Shown one piece after another: positions 58,295 to 64,000 of a stretch of 64,000 nucleotides of DNA. The number at the start of each line of letters is the position of its first letter. Position 1 is the first letter of the stretch. The notes beneath the pieces are model-generated. The model saw only the letters and a program-made list of their open reading frames with translations, was not told where the DNA came from and searched no databases. Source of the DNA: Desulfatiglandales bacterium (lineage in GTDB: Bacteria > Desulfobacterota > DSM-4660 > Desulfatiglandales > Desulfatiglandaceae); NCBI GenBank assembly GCA_963664475.2, contig CAXXXE010000007.1:672587-736586 (forward strand). Direction: 5' to 3'. The translations under genes and the position numbers were made by a program.

Positions 58295-58753
58295 TTATTC
58301 AACGCCGGATGAAATTGCCTGAAGTTCCTTCTTGATGGCTTCTTTGGGCCGGACGCCTACGAGGTCTTTCCGGGGTTTTCCCTGCCTGTCGATGAAGCGC
58401 AACGTCGGCACGTATCCGATACCTTTCGATAGATGCCTGTGATTACGACCGGTTATGTCAAAATAGATGAAAACAACCTTTCCTTCCCACTCGGATCGAA
58501 TCTCCTCCACCGTCGGCTGAATCTGTTTGCACGCACTGCAGGTCGGCGAAAAAAATTTGATCATGATCGGCTTCCCCTCCCTGAGGGCGTCGTTGAAGCG
58601 GATGATTTCCGCAATATCAGGAGCAAGTTCCGGAACCAGAATCTGAGCGGTGGGTTTCTTACCTATCGTGGCTTTTGTGGAACATCCAACCATAAACATC
58701 AACCCAACGATACCAAGAATTGCAAACGGCAAAAAGCATTTTCTCTTTATCAT
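58295..58753 (-). CDS. Thioredoxin-like lipoprotein
   Basis: Lipobox MVGC; CSAC motif; VPT loop. Confidence 0.75.
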   Translation of the reverse strand: MIKRKCFLPFAILGIVGLMFMVGCSTKATIGKKPTAQILVPELAPDIAEIIRFNDALREGKPIMIKFFSPTCSACKQIQPTVEEIRSEWEGKVVFIYFDITGRNHRHLSKGIGYVPTLRFIDRQGKPRKDLVGVRPKEAIKKELQAISSGVE

Positions 58754-59075
58754 GACAGCCTCCTTATTAAAAATATGTTACCCGATCAGGACATGGCACA
58801 AACTGTGTAATCCGTACTTGTTCCGAACCATGAATTCTTTGCGTTTCTACTTTAGATGGTAGGATCTGTCAAGATGGAATTAATGCCCGTTTTCGACAAA
58901 CAATCCTTGAAAGACCTGCAGTTGTTTAATTTGATTCTGTGCAACGATACAAAATAAGGGGTTGACAGTTTCATCTGCGAGAGGTAATTATGCGCAGATT
59001 CTGGGAGTGTCAATTTGTAGGAAAAAAAGCCTTGCAAAGTTGAGGGCTGCTACAATAGGGAGAGCAAGGGAAAGA

Positions 59076-60131
59076 ATGATACGAATGATGGAACGGAACG
59101 TTTTTTGGAAGACTTTGTTTGTTTTGGTTTTGGTCGTTTTCATAAACGGCGACCCTATCCCTGGTTTAGGGGGCGAGATCGTCGAAAATCAACAAACAAC
59201 ACAGGATATGTTTAGGCAGTCATTGCCGCTGGCCAAGAGCGGCGATGCGGCGGCGCAATATCGCGTGGGCGTTATCTATTTTGATGGCTTGGGGGGAGTT
59301 CCCAAGGACCGGAAAGAAGGGTTGAAATGGCTTCGGCTCGCTGCTGAGGGTGGGTTCAGGGAGGCCCAGGCCCAGTTGGGACGCATTTACGAAACTGGCG
59401 AGGGCGTGAATGTGGATTATGCGCAGGCCCGTGAACTGTATGAGGCCGCTGCCGCTCAGGGTCACGGGAAAGCAGCCATGGCTCTTGGCGCCATGTATCT
59501 AACGGGCGCAGGCGTTTCTCAAAACGACGCACAGGCCCTCTCCTGGTTTTCTGTGGCCAATGAAAAGGGTGTTGCTGAGGCAGCTTATTATCTAGGGTTG
59601 CTTTACGAGACCGGCGCGGAGAAAATTCGTAATCCAGAGAAGGCCAGGCATTATTTTATGCAGGCGGCGGAACAGGGGAACGTTCAGGCCCAGTTCAAGG
59701 TGGGGGAGTTTTTCACCAGGGGCATTGGGGGCGAACAGAACCACGACCTTGCTTTGTCCTGGCTGACCAAGGCGGCAGAGGCAGGCCATGTGGAGGCCCA
59801 GTGGTATCTGGGGATCATGTACGCCAAGGGCCGCGGTGTCGAGCAGAACCTTCGAAAGGCGGAGGAATGGTATTTACGAGCGGCCGGCCAGGGTCATCCG
59901 TCGGCCATGTTCAATCTGGCTCTCCTTTACGAGACCGGCGGTCCACAAATGGCCGCTGATCCGCAGCAGGCCTACATCTGGTTCAGCTTGTGCGAGACGG
60001 TCGTCGAGGAAGGTCCACGAGAATACGCAAAAAAGGCTGTCGAGAAAATACAAACTGGTCTCTCGGATCAGGACCTTGAAAGGGCTGAGAAAGAGATCTC
60101 AGGTTTTCGGCCGATTATTGAGATATATTAG
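59076..60131 (+). CDS. Sel1-like repeat protein
   Basis: Multiple AQ..LG..Y..G.GV..D...A..W...AA..G repeats; N-terminal hydrophobic segment. Confidence 0.88.
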   Translation: MIRMMERNVFWKTLFVLVLVVFINGDPIPGLGGEIVENQQTTQDMFRQSLPLAKSGDAAAQYRVGVIYFDGLGGVPKDRKEGLKWLRLAAEGGFREAQAQLGRIYETGEGVNVDYAQARELYEAAAAQGHGKAAMALGAMYLTGAGVSQNDAQALSWFSVANEKGVAEAAYYLGLLYETGAEKIRNPEKARHYFMQAAEQGNVQAQFKVGEFFTRGIGGEQNHDLALSWLTKAAEAGHVEAQWYLGIMYAKGRGVEQNLRKAEEWYLRAAGQGHPSAMFNLALLYETGGPQMAADPQQAYIWFSLCETVVEEGPREYAKKAVEKIQTGLSDQDLERAEKEISGFRPIIEIY

Positions 60132-60147
60132 GGGATAGGGAGCCCAA

Positions 60148-61158
60148 ATGTTGAATATCGGTGTAATCGGTTACGGATACTGGGGGCCTAACATGGTGCG
60201 GAATTTTGCAGAGGCTTCGGGGTCCCATGTGGAGATGGTTTCAGATTTGAACCGGCAACGTTTGGAACTGGTCCATTCGCGATATCCCGGCATCAGGGTT
60301 ACCATGGATCATCGAGAGTTGCTCCATGATCCAAAAGTGGATGCAGTAGTGATTGCTACGCCGGTATCTACCCATTTTCCTCTGGCCATGGAGGCCCTCA
60401 AGGCAGGAAAACACGTGCTGGTGGAAAAACCCATGACGGCTGTGAGCGAAGAAGCGTACAAACTTATTGAGGAAGCGGAACAACGCAATCTGACGCTTAT
60501 GGTGGACCATACCTTCGTGTACATGGGCGCTGTCCGTAAGATCAAACAACTTATGGATGCGGGGGAACTGGGTGAAATTTATTACTATGACTCCACCCGG
60601 GTCAACCTGGGGCTGTTTCAATACGATGTTAACGTGCTCTTTGATCTGGCAGTCCACGATCTGGCTATTATGGAGTTTCTTTTAGACGGGCTCAAGCCTG
60701 AGGCTGTAAGCGCTGCGGGGAAGTCTCATGTGGTGGGAAGACCGGAGGACATTGCTTATCTGACGCTCTTTTTTAATTCCCCTTTCATCGCCCATATTAG
60801 CGTGAACTGGCTCTCTCCGGTCAAGGTGCGACAGACCTTAATCGGCGGCAGCAAAAAAATGATTGTCTTCAATGACCTGGAACCCAATGAAAAGGTGAAG
60901 GTCTATGACGCCGGCATTACGGTTAATGATTCTCAGGATAAAATTTATCAGACCATGGTAGAATATCGTATGGGCGATATCTGGGTGCCCCAGTTTGATC
61001 GCACAGAGGCATTGAAGGTAGAGGCCGCCCTTTTTATCAAATGCGTGAAGGAAGGCCTGACGCCGGATACCGATGGTGAAGCCGGGCTGCGCGTGGTCAG
61101 TATCCTGGAGGCTGCCAATAAGTCCTTGGCCGAGCAGGGAAAGATGATATATTTATAA
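60148..61158 (+). CDS. Gfo/Idh/MocA oxidoreductase (WbpB/WlbA-like)
   Basis: GYGYWG, HVLVEKP, DLAVHD. Confidence 0.85.
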   Translation: MLNIGVIGYGYWGPNMVRNFAEASGSHVEMVSDLNRQRLELVHSRYPGIRVTMDHRELLHDPKVDAVVIATPVSTHFPLAMEALKAGKHVLVEKPMTAVSEEAYKLIEEAEQRNLTLMVDHTFVYMGAVRKIKQLMDAGELGEIYYYDSTRVNLGLFQYDVNVLFDLAVHDLAIMEFLLDGLKPEAVSAAGKSHVVGRPEDIAYLTLFFNSPFIAHISVNWLSPVKVRQTLIGGSKKMIVFNDLEPNEKVKVYDAGITVNDSQDKIYQTMVEYRMGDIWVPQFDRTEALKVEAALFIKCVKEGLTPDTDGEAGLRVVSILEAANKSLAEQGKMIYL

Positions 61159-61664
61159 TGCCTGTAGCGAAAGATGTTAAAATGGGACCCGACGTCATTA
61201 TTCATCACCCGGAGCTGGTGAACCTCTATGGTTGTTCCATTGGGGAGGGGAGCCGGATTGGGACGTTTGTTGAAGTTCAGAAAAACGCCCATATCGGCGC
61301 GAGGTGCAAGATTTCGTCGCATACCTTCGTTTGCGAAGGGGTAACCATAGGGGATGAGGTGTTCGTGGGCCACGGTGTGATGTTTATCAACGATTTGCAC
61401 CCCAGGGCTACCAGCAAAGGAAAGATTCAAACGGAATCTGACTGGATGGTGACGCCGACTTACGTTAAGAATGGCGCTTCCATCGGCAGTGGAGCGGTTA
61501 TTCTGTGCGGGGTGACTATCGGCGAAAAGGCCATGATCGGCGCCGGGGCCGTGGTCACCCGGGACGTTGCGGCCGAAGCAGTGGTGGCAGGAGTGCCGGC
61601 AAGGAAGTTGGCTCATGGCAGAGGGCTAAAAACTATGATCCGTGAAGGTTTTACCAGCAATTAG
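61158..61664 (+). CDS. Hexapeptide-repeat N-acetyltransferase (WbpD/WlbB-like)
   Basis: Hexapeptide repeats, FINDLHPRA, VAGVPAR. Confidence 0.85.
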   Translation: MPVAKDVKMGPDVIIHHPELVNLYGCSIGEGSRIGTFVEVQKNAHIGARCKISSHTFVCEGVTIGDEVFVGHGVMFINDLHPRATSKGKIQTESDWMVTPTYVKNGASIGSGAVILCGVTIGEKAMIGAGAVVTRDVAAEAVVAGVPARKLAHGRGLKTMIREGFTSN

Positions 61665-61669
61665 GAAAT

Positions 61670-62791
61670 ATGAGCAAAGAGATGAAAATGATACCTTTTC
61701 TCGATCTTAAAGCCCAGTACGCCTCCATCAGGGACGACGTTCGTGAAGCCGTCGACCGGGTGATGGAAAGCGGCTGGTATGTTCTGGGTCCGGAAGTGGC
61801 CTCTTTTGAAGAGGAATTTGCCGCCTATTGCGGGACGAAATATGCCGTAGGCGTTAATTCCGGCACTTCCGCCCTGCATCTGGCCCTGCTGGCGGCAGGC
61901 GTGGGTCCGGGGGATGAGGTGATTACCGTATCCCACACCTTTGTGGCCACGGTGGCTGCTGTCATTTACACGGGGGCAAAGCCCGTATTGGTGGATATTA
62001 GTCCTGTTTCCCAAACCATGGACCCGGAATGTGCGGAAAAAGCGGTTACTTCCAAAACCAGGGTCTTGTTGCCCGTGCATTTGCATGGTCTGCCGGCGGA
62101 TATGGATCCACTGAGAGAAATCGCCCAAAGGCATAATCTCGTACTCATAGAGGACGCTGCGCAGGCCCATGGGGCAACCTATAAAAACCGGTGCGCAGGG
62201 AGCTTAGGCGACATGGGCTGCTTTTCTTTCTACCCCGGCAAAAATCTGGGGGCCTGCGGGGAGGGGGGTATGGTGGTGACACACAACCCTCAATTCGCCG
62301 AAGCCCTGCGTCTGCTCAGGGATTGGGGCGCCAAGCGGAAGTATCATCATGAATTTGCAGGGTATAATTATCGGATGGAGGCATTGCAGGGCGCTATTCT
62401 GAAGGTCAAGCTTCGACATCTGGAAAAATGGACTGAGCAAAGGCGGAGGCTTGCAGACCGCTACAATGCGTTGCTTTTTCAGGTCGATCAGGTTGCTTGT
62501 CCGGTCGAGCCTGAGTATGCCCGCCACGTGTACCATGTTTATGGCATTCGTACTTCTGAGCGGGATGCTTTGCAACAGCATTTATTGAATCAAGGCATTC
62601 AAACAGGCATACACTATCCCATCCCAGTGCATCTGCAACCTGCCTACGCTGACAAAGTCTGCATAGCAGCGTCCCTGGAGACCACTGTTCAGGCGACAAG
62701 GGAACTGCTGTCTCTTCCTATGTATCCGGAATTGCACGAAGATCAGGTTCGCGAAGTCGTCCGGTCTATCTCTGATTTTTTTCATGTCTGA
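61670..62791 (+). CDS. DegT/DnrJ/EryC1/StrS aminotransferase (WbpE/WlbC-like)
   Basis: NSGTSAL, EDAAQAHG, FSFYPGKNLG, GYNYRM. Confidence 0.9.
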   Translation: MSKEMKMIPFLDLKAQYASIRDDVREAVDRVMESGWYVLGPEVASFEEEFAAYCGTKYAVGVNSGTSALHLALLAAGVGPGDEVITVSHTFVATVAAVIYTGAKPVLVDISPVSQTMDPECAEKAVTSKTRVLLPVHLHGLPADMDPLREIAQRHNLVLIEDAAQAHGATYKNRCAGSLGDMGCFSFYPGKNLGACGEGGMVVTHNPQFAEALRLLRDWGAKRKYHHEFAGYNYRMEALQGAILKVKLRHLEKWTEQRRRLADRYNALLFQVDQVACPVEPEYARHVYHVYGIRTSERDALQQHLLNQGIQTGIHYPIPVHLQPAYADKVCIAASLETTVQATRELLSLPMYPELHEDQVREVVRSISDFFHV

Positions 62792-63656
62792 AGCATCACA
62801 GATGGGGTATCCCCGTTTTGAGCGAATCAAACCTGCCCTGGCATGCCCGAAATGTCGGTGTGAGCTTGACTTTTCGGATGATGCTGCAGAATGTGTGGCG
62901 TGTAAAACTATATTTCCCATCCGCCAAGGTAGGGTGTATTTTGTTACCCCACCACATCGCGGGGATAGCTTTGACTCTTTGAAGGGTAAACTCAAAAAAC
63001 ACCTTGGCCGCTTGTACTACACGGTGGGCGTTGCCGTGTTTGCACCCACATATCCGTTTTGTTTTTTGAAGGAGATTACCAAATATGTGCAACCGGATCG
63101 GGAATTGGTGGTCGATATGGGGTGCGGTGCGCACAGACTTCACGAGAACATCATCTGTCTGGATTTATTCGACTACGATAACGTGGACATCGTCTGCGAC
63201 CTGGACAGCCTGCCATTTCGCGAAAACAGCATTGATGCGTTTGTTTCCAGAAGTGTATTGGAACATCTTCCTCGAGTCTGGGAGATCGTGGCTGGTTTGC
63301 AACAATGCACCAAGTCAGGAGGATATGGCATGCACCTGATCCCATTTCTTTTCCCGTTTCATGCTTCGCCGCATGATTTTGTGCGCTTTACTGAGAAAGG
63401 AGCATCCATGCTTTTCGGCCAATGGAAGACAGTATGCCAGTTTAACGCTACCGGTCCCGCCACGCTTTTTTTGCTGATGACGATTGAACTGTTTTCCATT
63501 CTTTTCTCCTTCGGATCAAGTCACCTTCGCAACCTGCTCTATCTGCTGCTGTGTGCGGTCCTTTTCCCACTGAAATATCTGGATGCCCTTTTTGTCCGTA
63601 ACAGGCGTTTTATGTCCCTGGCCCCATCCATCTTCACGGTTGTGGAAAAACCATGA
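62784..63656 (+). CDS. SAM-dependent methyltransferase with N-terminal Trm112-like Zn knuckle
   Basis: CPKC..CVAC; VDMGCG; VLEHL; HASPHDFVRF. Confidence 0.75.
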   Translation: MSEASQMGYPRFERIKPALACPKCRCELDFSDDAAECVACKTIFPIRQGRVYFVTPPHRGDSFDSLKGKLKKHLGRLYYTVGVAVFAPTYPFCFLKEITKYVQPDRELVVDMGCGAHRLHENIICLDLFDYDNVDIVCDLDSLPFRENSIDAFVSRSVLEHLPRVWEIVAGLQQCTKSGGYGMHLIPFLFPFHASPHDFVRFTEKGASMLFGQWKTVCQFNATGPATLFLLMTIELFSILFSFGSSHLRNLLYLLLCAVLFPLKYLDALFVRNRRFMSLAPSIFTVVEKP

Positions 63657-64000
63657 GACTGCCGGATTTCATCATAGGTGGCGCTCCGCGCGCCGGGACC
63701 ACGTGGCTTTATGAGGTTCTTGACCGACATCCTGATATACGTTTGGCCAAACCAATACGGCCGGAACCGAAATTCTTTTTGATCGAAGACGAGTATGCAA
63801 AAGGCATTGAGTACTATTCCCGGACCTGGTTTTCCCATGTTTCAAAAGACGTCCTGACCGGAGAAAAGACCACCAATTACTTGGAAAACCCGGCGGTGGC
63901 CGAGCGGATATTCCGTCACATGCCGCTATGTAAACTAATTTTTATTTTACGAGAACCGATACAACGGGCCTTTTCCAACTATCTTTGGTCGCGGATGAAC
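63653..64000 (+). CDS. Sulfotransferase (partial; runs off the window; not in the ORF track)
   Basis: MRLPDFIIGGAPRAGTTWLY (PAPS-binding loop), EPKFF, GEKTTNY, LIFILREPIQRAFS. Confidence 0.85.
   Translation, partial: MRLPDFIIGGAPRAGTTWLYEVLDRHPDIRLAKPIRPEPKFFLIEDEYAKGIEYYSRTWFSHVSKDVLTGEKTTNYLENPAVAERIFRHMPLCKLIFILREPIQRAFSNYLWSRMN

Noticed and set aside
58794-58810. TGGCACAAACTGTGT as a sigma-54 promoter
   Set aside because: The -12 element is GT rather than GC; insufficient support.
157-63838. Numerous antisense or overlapping ORFs (e.g. 2656-3507, 4229-5125, 27148-28011, 28488-29495, 44093-44560, 48533-49084)
   Set aside because: Shadow frames of well-supported genes or of coding repeats; no motifs or RBS.
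1-64000. tRNA, rRNA, transposase or integrase genes
   Set aside because: None recognisable by eye; a covariance-model search would be needed to exclude small RNAs.

Overview
64 kb of a sulfate-reducing bacterial chromosome, probably Desulfobacterota (inferred from aprBA-qmoAB, Hdr/Flx genes and sigma-54 regulators). Left to right: a glycolate-oxidation-like operon (glcDEF-like plus alanine-glyoxylate aminotransferase); hicAB; a small glycosyltransferase/flippase cluster; an hdrL-mvhD(flxD)-flxCBA operon in which HdrL and MvhD each have an in-frame UGA followed by a SECIS-like hairpin (selenoproteins, split in the ORF track); a PAS kinase/sigma-54 regulator pair with a convergent sigma-54-driven small ORF; pfk; aprBA-qmoAB-hdrCB with no qmoC; a frameshifted wzz; a type II secretion cluster ending in a candidate S-layer gene and a GT-C-like membrane protein; and the start of a di-N-acetylated/sulfated glycan cluster. 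The most unusual part is 35.7-52 kb. There the T2SS operon is interleaved with small genes: five paralogs of a variable-length coiled-coil membrane protein, two near-identical ATPases, a toxin-antitoxin pair and DUF29. Most of these are bounded by inverted arrays of 7-9 nt tandem repeats, and similar arrays with no gene inside occur at junctions in several other operons. All calls are from reading the sequence; no searches were run.
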